64,000 bases of DNA from assembly GCA_963674705.1 (NCBI GenBank), contig OY771506.1, forward strand, positions 64,001 through 128,000. Direction: 5' to 3'. Shown here one piece after another: positions 1-11,078 of the stretch. The notes under the pieces are model-generated. The model searched no databases, was not told the origin of the DNA, and saw nothing but the letters and a program-made list of their open reading frames with translations. Source of the DNA: Phycisphaeraceae bacterium (GTDB lineage Bacteria > Planctomycetota > Phycisphaerae > Phycisphaerales > Phycisphaeraceae). The position numbers and the translations under genes were made by a program. Within the stretch, counting starts at the first letter, position 1. The number at the start of each line of letters is the position of its first letter.

Positions 1-180
1 CCGATGCAAGGGTAGTATCTGCCCTGATTTGGCGGGTTCTGAGGCCCCCGGTGTGTCGCCGTAGCGTAAGGGCCTACAATATGGGCTGAATCGGTAATCC
101 GGGTAACACGCACGAGGCCGCCGCCCGAAGCGGCTTCACCGGCTTGTGTCTTATGACCCCGATTCGGGAGTTGATGGAAG

Positions 181-2418
181 ATGAATCAAAACAATATGAA
201 AAGACAGGCCGATACGGACTTGCTCTTCGATGAAGCCGATGTCCAGGGGCCCGGGTCCGGCGGAATCCATCTGCAATCCCTGCTGCGTGGCCGGTATCAC
301 TGGGCGATCATCCTGGGGCTGATCCTGGCGATCTGCGGCGCTTTGGCGGGATTCTACAGCCAGGGCGATGTCTACCGCAGTACGAGCCTGATCGGTATCT
401 CGCCGATGAGGCAAGGTATCTTCACCGAAGACTACGCCCGCAATTACGATTCGTGGATCTCACGACAACTGACGATCATCTCCGGTCCGAAGGTGCTTGA
501 ACCTGCGATGAACAGCAACGAATGGCAGTCTGTCGCGGTGGGCCCGTACAAATCGAGCACCGTACTGTTTGCCAACGGCTTGAAACTGGACCATAAGCGT
601 GGCCAGGAAGTGATCGAGATCTCATTCGAAGCGACGATTCCCGAACTGGCTCAGGTCGGTGCGAACGTTATCACCAAAGCCTACATGGATGAGCTGGAGC
701 GTAGCGAACAGCAGGACAAATCACACGTCATCAGTGTGCTTGAGGGTCGCAGGCTAGAGCTGGTGAAAAAGATCGAGTACATCAAAAGCGAAAAACGCAA
801 GCTCTTCACTGAGTACAACGAGCACACGATCAAAGACGTACTCGATCGATTGACCGCAGCCCGTACCAAGCTCGAAGAAGAATTGGAATCCACACGTTTG
901 GAGTTGGCTGAGCTTGGCGTCGATACAGGCGACGAGGCCAATACTGAACAGTTGACACTCGAACAACTCGCGGCGCATAACAGGCCTTTGGCCGAATTGC
1001 TGGCCAGGCGTGAATCGCTGGAAACGCAGATCGATTACATGAAACGTCTTGGCCGTGGTGACCGACACCCCGAGATGAAAGACGCGACGGCTTCACTGGA
1101 CGCGTTGAACACACAGATCGAACGGCTGGCTCGTTCTTTACGTGGCTCGATCGATGGCTCGTTCACTGCGGATAATCAGGATGAGGAAAATGTCTCGCCG
1201 GTCGTCGCGTTGCGTAACAAAGAACGCCGGCTGACCAAGCAATACGAAAACGCCAACGCCGAGGTCCAGCATCTGGGGATGATTTACGGACAGTTGGAGA
1301 CGCTCAATGCTGATTTGAAAGCATATGAGGACGATCTGGCGGGCACGGTGAATCGCCTTGACAACCTCCAGATCGAATCACAAGCCTCGGGTCGTGCCGA
1401 GGTGCTAAGTGATGCCGGATTGCCCACCGAACCGTATAACACCGGCAAGCGAAAGCAGCTTGCGGCGTTGGGTGGCATGGCCGGGCTCTGCGGCGGTTTC
1501 GGCCTGATCATCCTTTGGGGATTAATGGATCGTCGCCTGCGTCACATCGAGGATGCACAAGCTGGACTGGGCGGCTACCGGATGCTCGGCGTGTTGCCGG
1601 AGTTGCCTAATGATCTGACCAACCCCGAGCAGGCGGTACTCGCATCGCACTGCGTGCACCAGGTGCGGACGCTGCTGCAGATCAATCGAAGCACAGATGG
1701 TTTCGTCCTTTCCGTCACCGGCCCGGCAGCGGGTTCTGGCAAGACCAGCCTGACGATGGCGCTGGGGATGTCCTTTGCCAGCAGCGGCTCCAAGACACTG
1801 TTGATCGACTGTGATATCGTCGGCGGCGGATTGACACGCCGTCTGCTGCAGGGCGATCGTTCGGATAAACACTCGGGTGTGCTGGAAGCGTGCAACGGCA
1901 CCGCCTTCAGTGATTGCATCATTCACACGAGCATCCCGAACCTCGACATGGTGCCTATCGGTTCTGCCCTGCCTTCCCAGGCGGGCAACCTCTCTCCCAG
2001 CGCTGTGAAGAAGCTTTTAGCCAAAGCGCGAGACGAATACGAAACAGTGCTGGTCGATACCGGCCCCGTGCTCGGCAGCCTCGAAGCCTCGATGGTTTCA
2101 GCGCAAGCGGATAAAACAATCGTCATCGTGTCGCGTGGTGATCAGAAGCCGATCATCCTCAAGAGCCTGGATCACCTTCGATCGATCGGTGCGAACATCG
2201 CGGGTATCGTGTTCAATCACGCCGACGCGGTGGATATCGAGCGTTCAACCTACGCCAGCGTCACGGTCTCACAGAACCGTCGCATGGACGACCGTGAACT
2301 GAACGAGGTGCAGTGGATCGACCGCGACACCTCCGATCGCTACGGACCGCTGGCTACCGCGGTGGCATCCTACGGTCGGGCAAGAGATGACAGCGACCAC
2401 ACCCAATCACAAGAGTGA
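181..2418 (+). CDS. Polysaccharide co-polymerase/tyrosine autokinase (Wzc/GumC-like)
   Basis: N-terminal TM, long coiled-coil region, second TM, then CapB-like domain with Walker A GPAAGSGKT, LLIDCD and VLVDTGP motifs. Confidence 0.85.
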   Translation: MNQNNMKRQADTDLLFDEADVQGPGSGGIHLQSLLRGRYHWAIILGLILAICGALAGFYSQGDVYRSTSLIGISPMRQGIFTEDYARNYDSWISRQLTIISGPKVLEPAMNSNEWQSVAVGPYKSSTVLFANGLKLDHKRGQEVIEISFEATIPELAQVGANVITKAYMDELERSEQQDKSHVISVLEGRRLELVKKIEYIKSEKRKLFTEYNEHTIKDVLDRLTAARTKLEEELESTRLELAELGVDTGDEANTEQLTLEQLAAHNRPLAELLARRESLETQIDYMKRLGRGDRHPEMKDATASLDALNTQIERLARSLRGSIDGSFTADNQDEENVSPVVALRNKERRLTKQYENANAEVQHLGMIYGQLETLNADLKAYEDDLAGTVNRLDNLQIESQASGRAEVLSDAGLPTEPYNTGKRKQLAALGGMAGLCGGFGLIILWGLMDRRLRHIEDAQAGLGGYRMLGVLPELPNDLTNPEQAVLASHCVHQVRTLLQINRSTDGFVLSVTGPAAGSGKTSLTMALGMSFASSGSKTLLIDCDIVGGGLTRRLLQGDRSDKHSGVLEACNGTAFSDCIIHTSIPNLDMVPIGSALPSQAGNLSPSAVKKLLAKARDEYETVLVDTGPVLGSLEASMVSAQADKTIVIVSRGDQKPIILKSLDHLRSIGANIAGIVFNHADAVDIERSTYASVTVSQNRRMDDRELNEVQWIDRDTSDRYGPLATAVASYGRARDDSDHTQSQE

Positions 2419-2438
2419 TGGATAACTGAAGCCCGACC

Positions 2439-3932
2439 ATGATCCAGCAGACGAATCAAACTGCAGATGCTGAGGCGTCATCCAACCAGACCATCTGGGG
2501 GCTGGATGTCTCACAACTGCACCAACGGTTCTGGGCCTCACGCGGCGTGCAGGTGGTTCGGCGCGGCGATAATACTCCCGTGAATGATTCTGCAGATTAT
2601 TACCTGCTGATCGAGCCTTCACACTACTGCCTGTTCCGCCTTGACCAGGTGATCGATACCATCAGTTGGCTCAAGCCCAGCCTGCTGTTCGTGCGTATTC
2701 ACGATACACATGAACACGTTTACCGTGAACGTATAATTACCGACGGCAGCGACAACTTCGTCAGGTTCCATCGTGAGTACGGCGGTTCGGACTGCCGGCT
2801 GATCCGCGCGGCGGTCAGCACGAATCGACAACTCGTCGAGGCCTGGTGTTCAGCGCCGGATAACCGCAGCGGCTGGCGTCGTTTAAGACAAGCGGTCCCG
2901 CAGGTACAGCGGACCACGATCTCGATCAACGGCAGTGCTTTTTACCGGCATAACGCGGCCGAACGCAAGCAATTCATCCGAGAGCTTATTTCGGTTTGGC
3001 GCAGGCCGGACGCCGCGATCGGACGGGCCAGACAGATGCTTGATGGCAATGTCTGGATCGACAAGCAGACACCACCCCACAAAGGGACACGCTTCATCGG
3101 CCCGGTCTGGGTCGGTGCGGGTCGTCAATTGGAAGGTATCGAGAGCATCGTGGGACCGGCCGTCCTCTGGGACAATCCGGAATCACGCCCACAGGCCGAT
3201 GATGTCCAATGGCTGACACCGGATTTTGAAGCACTGCCGGAAGTAGAAACTACGATCAGGCCCCCGCGTCGATTGAATCCGATCCAAAAGGCAAATAAAC
3301 GCACGTTCGACATCATCGCAGCGTTACTCGGCCTGATCATCACCCTGCCGTTTTATCCGCTGATCATGTTCCTGATCTGGCTGGAGGACGGCCGACCGTT
3401 CTTCTTCGCGCATCGTCGTGAGACGCGAGGTGGGGTTGAGTTCCCTTGCCTGAAGTTCCGGACCATGCGTAACAACGCGGAACAGCTCAAGCAAGAGCTT
3501 GCCAAGGAAAACAAATGCGACGGCCCGCAGTTCTTTATCGAGAACGATCCGCGCATCACGAAGTTCGGCAAGATCATGCGAAAATGCAATGTCGACGAGT
3601 TCCCGCAGTTCTTGAACGTGCTGGTCGGGCACATGTCGATCGTCGGGCCGCGCCCCAGCCCGCACAGCGAGAACCAGTACTGCCCGCCGTGGCGTGAAGC
3701 GCGTCTGAGTGTCAGGCCCGGGATCACAGGGCTCTGGCAGGTGATGCGCAGCCGTGAGGCCGGCCTCGACTTCCAGGAATGGATTCGTTACGACATCGAG
3801 TATGTCGAGAACTTAAGCTGGCAGTTAGACATCTGGATTATCTGGCGCACGTTCGCCAACCTCGCCGGGATCAAGGCAGGAAGCAAGAAGTATCCCAAGG
3901 TCAGTAAAGCAAAACAGGACGCTCGTGAATGA
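2439..3932 (+). CDS. Priming glycosyltransferase (bacterial sugar transferase) with an atypical soluble N-terminal domain
   Basis: C-terminal motifs KRTFDII, KFRTM, DPRITKFG, DEFPQF, MSIVGPRP, PGITGLWQV, DIEY. Confidence 0.85.
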   Translation: MIQQTNQTADAEASSNQTIWGLDVSQLHQRFWASRGVQVVRRGDNTPVNDSADYYLLIEPSHYCLFRLDQVIDTISWLKPSLLFVRIHDTHEHVYRERIITDGSDNFVRFHREYGGSDCRLIRAAVSTNRQLVEAWCSAPDNRSGWRRLRQAVPQVQRTTISINGSAFYRHNAAERKQFIRELISVWRRPDAAIGRARQMLDGNVWIDKQTPPHKGTRFIGPVWVGAGRQLEGIESIVGPAVLWDNPESRPQADDVQWLTPDFEALPEVETTIRPPRRLNPIQKANKRTFDIIAALLGLIITLPFYPLIMFLIWLEDGRPFFFAHRRETRGGVEFPCLKFRTMRNNAEQLKQELAKENKCDGPQFFIENDPRITKFGKIMRKCNVDEFPQFLNVLVGHMSIVGPRPSPHSENQYCPPWREARLSVRPGITGLWQVMRSREAGLDFQEWIRYDIEYVENLSWQLDIWIIWRTFANLAGIKAGSKKYPKVSKAKQDARE

Positions 3933-3943
3933 GCGTCCTGTTT
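3912..3943. terminator. Probable bidirectional terminator hairpin between the convergent sugar transferase and gltA
   Basis: Perfect 13-bp inverted repeat AAACAGGACGCTC-gtgaat-GAGCGTCCTGTTT overlapping the stop codon. Confidence 0.7.
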
Positions 3944-4004
3944 GATTTGTATCCAACTCACTGAACTGACAGAATTGATTTTGCCCATCGGCTCAATCAA
4001 CCGA

Positions 4005-5303
4005 TTACCGATCATCCATTTCGACGTATTCGCGCCGTGTAGGTCCGGTGTAGATCTGACGCGGTCGGGCGATACGGGAGTTGGGATTCTCGTGCTGTTC
4101 CTTCCAGTGGGCGATCCAGCCGGGCATACGACCGATGGCGAACATGACGGTGAACATGTTGACGGGTATGCCAATGGCACGCAGGATAATGCCTGAGTAG
4201 AAGTCGACGTTCGGATAGAGGTTACGTTCGAGGAAGTAATCGTCTTTACGGGCGACCTCTTCCAGTTCCAGCGCGATTTCCATCAGTGGATCGCTGCCGG
4301 TCTTGCCTAGGAGTGAGTCACAGGCATCTTTCAAGATGGTTGCACGTGGGTCGAAGGATTTATAGACGCGGTGGCCGAAGCCCATGAGACGGAACTCTTT
4401 CTTCTTGACTTGCTCGACGATGTCTTTCACGCTGACATTGGTCTTGTAGATGGTGTCGAGCATTTCGATACAGCGTTGGTTCGCCCCGCCGTGCAGCGGT
4501 CCCCAAAGTGCGCAGATCGCGGCGGCCATGGAGGCAAAGAGATTCGCCTGGCTGGAACCGACGACACGTGCGGTGGAGGTTGAGCAGTTCTGCTCGTGAT
4601 CGGCGTGCAACATCAGGAACAGGTCCAGCGCACGCACGACATCAGACTCCGGAGAGTATCGGCTGTAGGGCTTGCTGAACATGCAATGCAAGAAGTTGCC
4701 GCAGTAGTCCATGTCCGGGTCAGGGTAACGGTGCGGCTGGCCGATCGACTTTTTGTAACTGAACGCCGCGATGGTACCGACCTTGGCGATGAGCTTTGCC
4801 GCAAGTGAGAAGAAGGTTTCGTCGATCTCACGGATCTGGAGGAACTCAGCGTGGTAGCAACTGGTTGCGTTGATCATGGAACTGAGCACAGCCATCGGGG
4901 GCGCCCCGGCGGGGAAGCCCTCGAAGTGATGGCGCATGTCCTCGTGGATCATCGCATTTTTCTTGACCTCGTTACGGAACCGATCAAGCTGATCGTAGGT
5001 CGGCAGTTCGCCGTAGATTAACAGCCATGCAACTTCCAGGAAGGTGCTATGTTCAGCGAGTCCCTCGATGGGGTACCCGCGATAACGAAGGATTCCCTTT
5101 TCACCATCAATGTAGGTAATGGCAGATTTGGTCGCGCCGGTGTTACCGAAGCCGTTGTCCAGAGTGATGTAGCCGGTTTCTGCACGCAGAGCACTGATGT
5201 CCACCCCGTGTTCGTTTTCAGTGCCCACAACGATCGGTAAATCGATCGTTTTGTCTTCAAGTTGTAGTTTTGCCGTCTGATTCGAAACCGCTTGAGATGC
5301 CAT
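4005..5303 (-). CDS. gltA: Citrate synthase
   Basis: HADHEQNCST, LWGPLHGGAN, MGFGHRVYK, YPNVDFYSG motifs. Confidence 0.97.
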   Translation of the reverse strand: MASQAVSNQTAKLQLEDKTIDLPIVVGTENEHGVDISALRAETGYITLDNGFGNTGATKSAITYIDGEKGILRYRGYPIEGLAEHSTFLEVAWLLIYGELPTYDQLDRFRNEVKKNAMIHEDMRHHFEGFPAGAPPMAVLSSMINATSCYHAEFLQIREIDETFFSLAAKLIAKVGTIAAFSYKKSIGQPHRYPDPDMDYCGNFLHCMFSKPYSRYSPESDVVRALDLFLMLHADHEQNCSTSTARVVGSSQANLFASMAAAICALWGPLHGGANQRCIEMLDTIYKTNVSVKDIVEQVKKKEFRLMGFGHRVYKSFDPRATILKDACDSLLGKTGSDPLMEIALELEEVARKDDYFLERNLYPNVDFYSGIILRAIGIPVNMFTVMFAIGRMPGWIAHWKEQHENPNSRIARPRQIYTGPTRREYVEMDDR

Positions 5304-5393
5304 CTGTTCCAGTCCCTCTATAGTGATAGTTCAGTGCCTGAATTGTAGGCACGTGACCCGCCCGCGACCAGATTCCGCCCTGAGAATAAATAA

Positions 5394-6944
<1,551 letters not shown>

Positions 6945-7014
6945 CGCTGACTCCGGTGCGGCTTTGACCGCAGACTTTCAAAAAGTTAATTGAATCGAAT
7001 TGGTTTATTCTTTG

Positions 7015-7146
7015 AACCACAGAGACACAGAGGCACAGAGTTAAACTCTAATCTTGGCATGCCTTATCTGTGTATATCTGTGTTCATCCCTATTTACTCT
7101 GTCTTTGCTTTTCCCTGTGACTCTGTGACTCTGTGTCTCTGTGGTT
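7015..7146. repeat. Palindromic CACAGAG-type miniature element (REP/MITE-like) between atpH and atpA
   Basis: 26-bp arms AACCACAGAGACACAGAGGCACAGAG (7015-7040) and CTCTGTGACTCTGTGTCTCTGTGGTT (7121-7146), 1 mismatch; internal ATCTGTGTATATCTGTGTTCATC. Confidence 0.75.
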
Positions 7147-7150
7147 ATCT

Positions 7151-7747
7151 TCAGTTTTCCATCTGTCCGCCGAGGCGTGCTTTTTCACGGCCGGCTTCGA
7201 CGAGTTTGCGTTTGAGGATTTTCAATTGCGTGGCAACGCTGCCGTCGATCAGGCGGTCACCCACGCGAACCTTCAGGCCGCCGATCAATTTCGGGTCCAC
7301 GTGCTGCTGTAGCGTGATGCGCTTGTTGACGATAGCACCGATGGATTCGGCGACTTCGCGGCTGGCTTCTTCGCTGAGTGTGTCAGCGACGTAGATGTCG
7401 ACGTCCATCTCACCGCGTGCATCGGCAGCCAGAATGCGGTAGGCGTTGAAGATGCCCGGTAGCGCAGCCAATCGATCCTTCTCGTTGACGACCTGAAGGA
7501 AGTGATAGAGCAATTCGCTGACCTTGCCATTGAACAGATGCTCTACCAGTTCGCTGCGCTGGGAGGAGTTGAGCGTGCGGCTGGAGAGCAGCTTTTCAAG
7601 GTCCGGCTCGCTTGCCATCAGGCTAAGCAGATCGCCGACCTCTTCAGCCAAGGCGTCGGCCTGGCCTTTATCTTGCGCCAACTCCAGCAGCGCCTGGGCG
7701 TAGACCCGGCTGACCGCGTCCGTGTGTTGTTCGGTGTCTGTAGACAA
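7151..7747 (-). CDS. atpH: ATP synthase F1 subunit delta
   Basis: YAQALLE, VDPKLIGGLKVRVGDRLIDGSV; start set at TTG 7747 behind GGAGG (ORF stays open to ATG 7840). Confidence 0.9.
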   Translation of the reverse strand: MSTDTEQHTDAVSRVYAQALLELAQDKGQADALAEEVGDLLSLMASEPDLEKLLSSRTLNSSQRSELVEHLFNGKVSELLYHFLQVVNEKDRLAALPGIFNAYRILAADARGEMDVDIYVADTLSEEASREVAESIGAIVNKRITLQQHVDPKLIGGLKVRVGDRLIDGSVATQLKILKRKLVEAGREKARLGGQMEN

Positions 7748-7849
7748 CCGTGATCCTCCGTCAATAGGGGGCAGTTTGCCCGCATGGGCCCCGAGGGCCA
7801 AACCAAACTTCTGCAACAATCGGCTGAAACGATTCGCCATCGGCTTCGC

Positions 7850-8635
7850 TTAGTTGTTATCCGCCTGCCTGAGTTTGTCGATCGATTCACGAATAAGCGT
7901 CGCCTGGTCACCCGCGTTGATCTCACGACGCAGGATCTGGCCCGCAATCTGGGTCGCCAACGCGCCGGCAGTTTCATAAATGTCGGCGACGGCCCGCTCC
8001 TTGGCGGCGTTGATGTCTGCCTCAGCACGTTCACGTACCTGCGTGATCTGGGTCTGGGCTTCATCCTTCAACTGAGCAGCCACCTTCTGGGCGGCGCTAC
8101 GGCTTTCCTCAACGATCTGCTGCGCCTGCTTCTGGGCCTCGGCCAGTTGTTTCTTGTACGCTTCAAGTGTGGCAGTGGCTTCCTTCGCTGCATCCTCCGC
8201 ATGCTTAAGATCGCCACGCACCTTGTCCTCGCGGGCCTGCAAGGAGGCTAGGATCTTAGGCCAGACGAAGACGCTCAAGATACCGAAGAAGATGATGAAG
8301 ACGACGATGGTGTAGATCGCTTCCGACACCTTCAGGTCCATCATCCCGCGTTCAGCATGAGCGGCGTCGCCATGTTCATCCACCCCGTGACTGTCGGCGA
8401 CAGCACCAGCCGCTTCCACGGCGTTATCCACATGTTCGGTTGCTTCAGTGGCATGGGTGTCCACTTCATGCGCCGGATCTGCGGCAAACACCTTCGTGCA
8501 GAAGATCAAGCCAATCGCGATAAGGAATATTGGAATTAGTCGAGTAAGACGCATCTGGGAAAGCCCCATGTTTACGAGTTCAAAGATCACCCGGAGCATC
8601 CGGGCATTAAAATCACGCCATAGACTTCGATCCAT
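7850..8635 (-). CDS. atpF: ATP synthase F0 subunit b with an N-terminal extension (true start probably downstream of 8635)
   Basis: TM followed by FVWPKILASLQARE and a long coiled coil; lies between atpE and atpH; His/acidic-rich extension. Confidence 0.9.
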   Translation of the reverse strand: MDRSLWRDFNARMLRVIFELVNMGLSQMRLTRLIPIFLIAIGLIFCTKVFAADPAHEVDTHATEATEHVDNAVEAAGAVADSHGVDEHGDAAHAERGMMDLKVSEAIYTIVVFIIFFGILSVFVWPKILASLQAREDKVRGDLKHAEDAAKEATATLEAYKKQLAEAQKQAQQIVEESRSAAQKVAAQLKDEAQTQITQVRERAEADINAAKERAVADIYETAGALATQIAGQILRREINAGDQATLIRESIDKLRQADNN

Positions 8636-8652
8636 GACGTGATCCGTATTGT

Positions 8653-8934
8653 TTATTGGAAGAAGTTACCTGTCATCTGCGCCACCCAGATGATGCCGAA
8701 GAAGGTGAAACCTTCGATCAGCGCGGCGGAGATGATCATCTGGACGAAGATCTGACCGGCCGCTTCCGGCTGACGGGCGACGGACTGCGTCGCGTTACCA
8801 CCGATGTTACCGATACCGCGACCGGCGCCTGCACAAAGCAAACCGATACCAATACCGGCGCCAAGGACCGCGAGGCCTGCGCCGATGCCGGCGTACTCCC
8901 CGAGAGCCTGTGCCAAAGTAAGGAAGTCGAACAT
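8653..8934 (-). CDS. atpE: ATP synthase F0 subunit c
   Basis: GxGxG helix, ARQPEA loop, ALIEG carboxylate. Confidence 0.95.
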   Translation of the reverse strand: MFDFLTLAQALGEYAGIGAGLAVLGAGIGIGLLCAGAGRGIGNIGGNATQSVARQPEAAGQIFVQMIISAALIEGFTFFGIIWVAQMTGNFFQ

Positions 8935-9013
8935 GTTGAATCTCCAAACGAGGTATGAATGTTTTGCCGACGATTAAAGTGCTCGGGCGTCGGCGTCCCC
9001 GAGCGTGTTCGGT

Positions 9014-9949
9014 TTAATGCCCCGTAGCCGTGGGGGTCAACATCTGATCGATCGAATCCCCGGGTTTAGCGCCTTCATCCAATCCGCCGTGATGCTCATC
9101 ATGTTCATCGTGACTTACCGCACCGAGCGAGATGAAGATCACGGTCAGGAAGGTGAAGATGTAGGCCTGAAGGAATGCGACGAATAGTTCCAGGAAACTG
9201 AAAGCAGTCGCGCCAAAAAGACTGGCGCCCTTGCCGATCAACGGCGCGCTGATTGCCATGATAATCAAGGACCCCAGTACCAAGTGCCCCGCCACCATGT
9301 TGGCGAACAAACGCACGCAAAGCGCGAAACTCTTAATCCCCAGGCCCACGACTTCTAATATGAAGACAATAAGTCCAACCGGCAGCATGATCGGCAGCAG
9401 CGGTAAAGGCTCAAACGGGACGGGCCACATGTGTTTGATAAAACCGAAGCCGTTTTCTTTCAGACCGACAAACACGATCATAACCAGTGAGATAATTGCG
9501 AGTCCGGCAGTGAAGTTGATATTCCCTGTCAACGTACCGCCAAGGTGAGACAAACCTGAAAGGCCGACCAATTGGAACAATGCGCCGATCGGCAGCATCC
9601 CCAACAGGTTGCCGAACAGGACGAAGAAAAAGACCGACCAGATGTACTTGATGTAACGGTCGGTCATATCGCCCAACAGCGGACGTGTCATTTCGTCCCG
9701 CAGGAAGACGCAGAGGGTTTCAAATAGCTGGGTGATACGGCCCTTGGTGACATAGCCTTCAGCATTGGCTGCCTTAATGGGCATCTTGGCCGCAACCATC
9801 ATCAGCAACAACCCCCCACCGATGAGAACGACCAACGCCATAAAGTGATGGTTCGTAAACCATTCCAAACCAAACAACGGGTGCGGCAGCACGTGACTCA
9901 TCGCGTCTGGTTCGGCTTCGGCAGCGGCAAGCAAAAGGCTCGTCATCAT
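9014..9949 (-). CDS. atpB: ATP synthase F0 subunit a
   Basis: NLLGMLP, FALCVRLFANMVAGH, LELFVAFLQAYIF. Confidence 0.95.
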   Translation of the reverse strand: MMTSLLLAAAEAEPDAMSHVLPHPLFGLEWFTNHHFMALVVLIGGGLLLMMVAAKMPIKAANAEGYVTKGRITQLFETLCVFLRDEMTRPLLGDMTDRYIKYIWSVFFFVLFGNLLGMLPIGALFQLVGLSGLSHLGGTLTGNINFTAGLAIISLVMIVFVGLKENGFGFIKHMWPVPFEPLPLLPIMLPVGLIVFILEVVGLGIKSFALCVRLFANMVAGHLVLGSLIIMAISAPLIGKGASLFGATAFSFLELFVAFLQAYIFTFLTVIFISLGAVSHDEHDEHHGGLDEGAKPGDSIDQMLTPTATGH

Positions 9950-10396
9950 TTATGTCGTCTCCGGGATCGACGCTACTGGCTTGGTCACCGCCAGCACGTG
10001 TGTCGAGATCAATTTTACTTCAACCGCCAGCACCAGCATGTACCAGCCGGCGACCCACATCAGCGTGGTCTGTGCATCAGCCATCCCCGACCCCCAGCGA
10101 AGCCAGGCGACCGCAGCAATACCCACGACACATCGGACAAGGATGCTGATCATGAAGCCGTACGCACTGCCGTGAGCGCTTCGCCTGGACATCAGCCAGA
10201 CGGGCATAAAGCCCGAAAAACCAATGATCAGGCTGATGAGTGCCCCAATGATACAGGGTCGGCCGTGTGATTCGAAGCCAAAGAGCCCGATGAGTAACCC
10301 GTAGGCCGCGGCCGCCGACGCCATAACCACGACGATCAGCGTGAGCGACGCTTTGACGATCGGGAACGGATGCGGGATGGCTTTCGGGTCCGTCAT
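9950..10396 (-). CDS. 4-TM membrane protein, AtpI-like
   Basis: Four hydrophobic segments, directly upstream of atpB. Confidence 0.65.
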   Translation of the reverse strand: MTDPKAIPHPFPIVKASLTLIVVVMASAAAAYGLLIGLFGFESHGRPCIIGALISLIIGFSGFMPVWLMSRRSAHGSAYGFMISILVRCVVGIAAVAWLRWGSGMADAQTTLMWVAGWYMLVLAVEVKLISTHVLAVTKPVASIPETT

Positions 10397-10521
10397 ATTG
10401 ATTAAAAGACTTCTAGGTTAAATCCGTTGCGATACGGGGGCAAACCTTCATCGGTCTGGGTTGATGTTATTAAATAAGGTTGCGGTGCGTGGAGTTCTGT
10501 TTTCGGCTGTCAAAATGCCAG

Positions 10522-10782
10522 CTATTCGTTTGGTTTTTCCTGATCCGATGGCTTGCGCTTCCTAGGAAACAGCATGTCTTTAACGAGATTGTACGACCCG
10601 CCTACGGTAGCGAGTATGGCCCCGGCGAGTGTCAACCACGGGCCTGTGCCCCACTTCTGATCACCCAGGTGGCCCAGGAACGTCAAACCTCCGATGATCA
10701 GACCCAGCTCCATCCCACGCCCCGCCATGCGCCAGGCACTGGGGCTGTAGCCGTAAGGGCTGGATCCTCGCTTTTTGGCCAT
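10522..10782 (-). CDS. AtpZ/AtpI family (ATPase gene 1) protein
   Basis: G..LG..GD.KWGTGPW pattern; AGGAGG before ATG 10782; first gene of the atp cluster. Confidence 0.8.
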   Translation of the reverse strand: MAKKRGSSPYGYSPSAWRMAGRGMELGLIIGGLTFLGHLGDQKWGTGPWLTLAGAILATVGGSYNLVKDMLFPRKRKPSDQEKPNE

Positions 10783-11078
10783 CGTCGGCCTCCTTGGCCG
10801 AGCTTCCGGACATGATGTTATAACTGACACTAATTCAGCTATTTACACCTGATTTGCCAGGCCACGTGCCTGACTCACCACCGCCCGGTGGGGCAGATAG
10901 CCTAGAGGTGCCTTTCTTGGGTGTCAAACCCTCGTAAATCCCCATCCGATCGGCAACAATAAGATTTAAGAGTCGTGAAATGGAAAATTACATAATATCT
11001 CGCAAATCGGCGGTTTTGTGATATCCTGAATGTCCGGTCCCAAAGTCGTTTCTGTCATTGCTGGGGAGGAGAATTGCC

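Noticed and set aside
57..68. CGCCGTAGCGTA resembling an ops/JUMPstart element upstream of the EPS genes
   Set aside because: Three mismatches to GGCGGTAGCGTG; too weak alone
6990..7394. 134-aa plus-strand ORF
   Set aside because: Runs through the palindromic element and antisense to atpH
8981..9004. Hairpin GCTCGGG/CCCGAGC between atpB and atpE
   Set aside because: Short, with no U tract; at most an mRNA stability element
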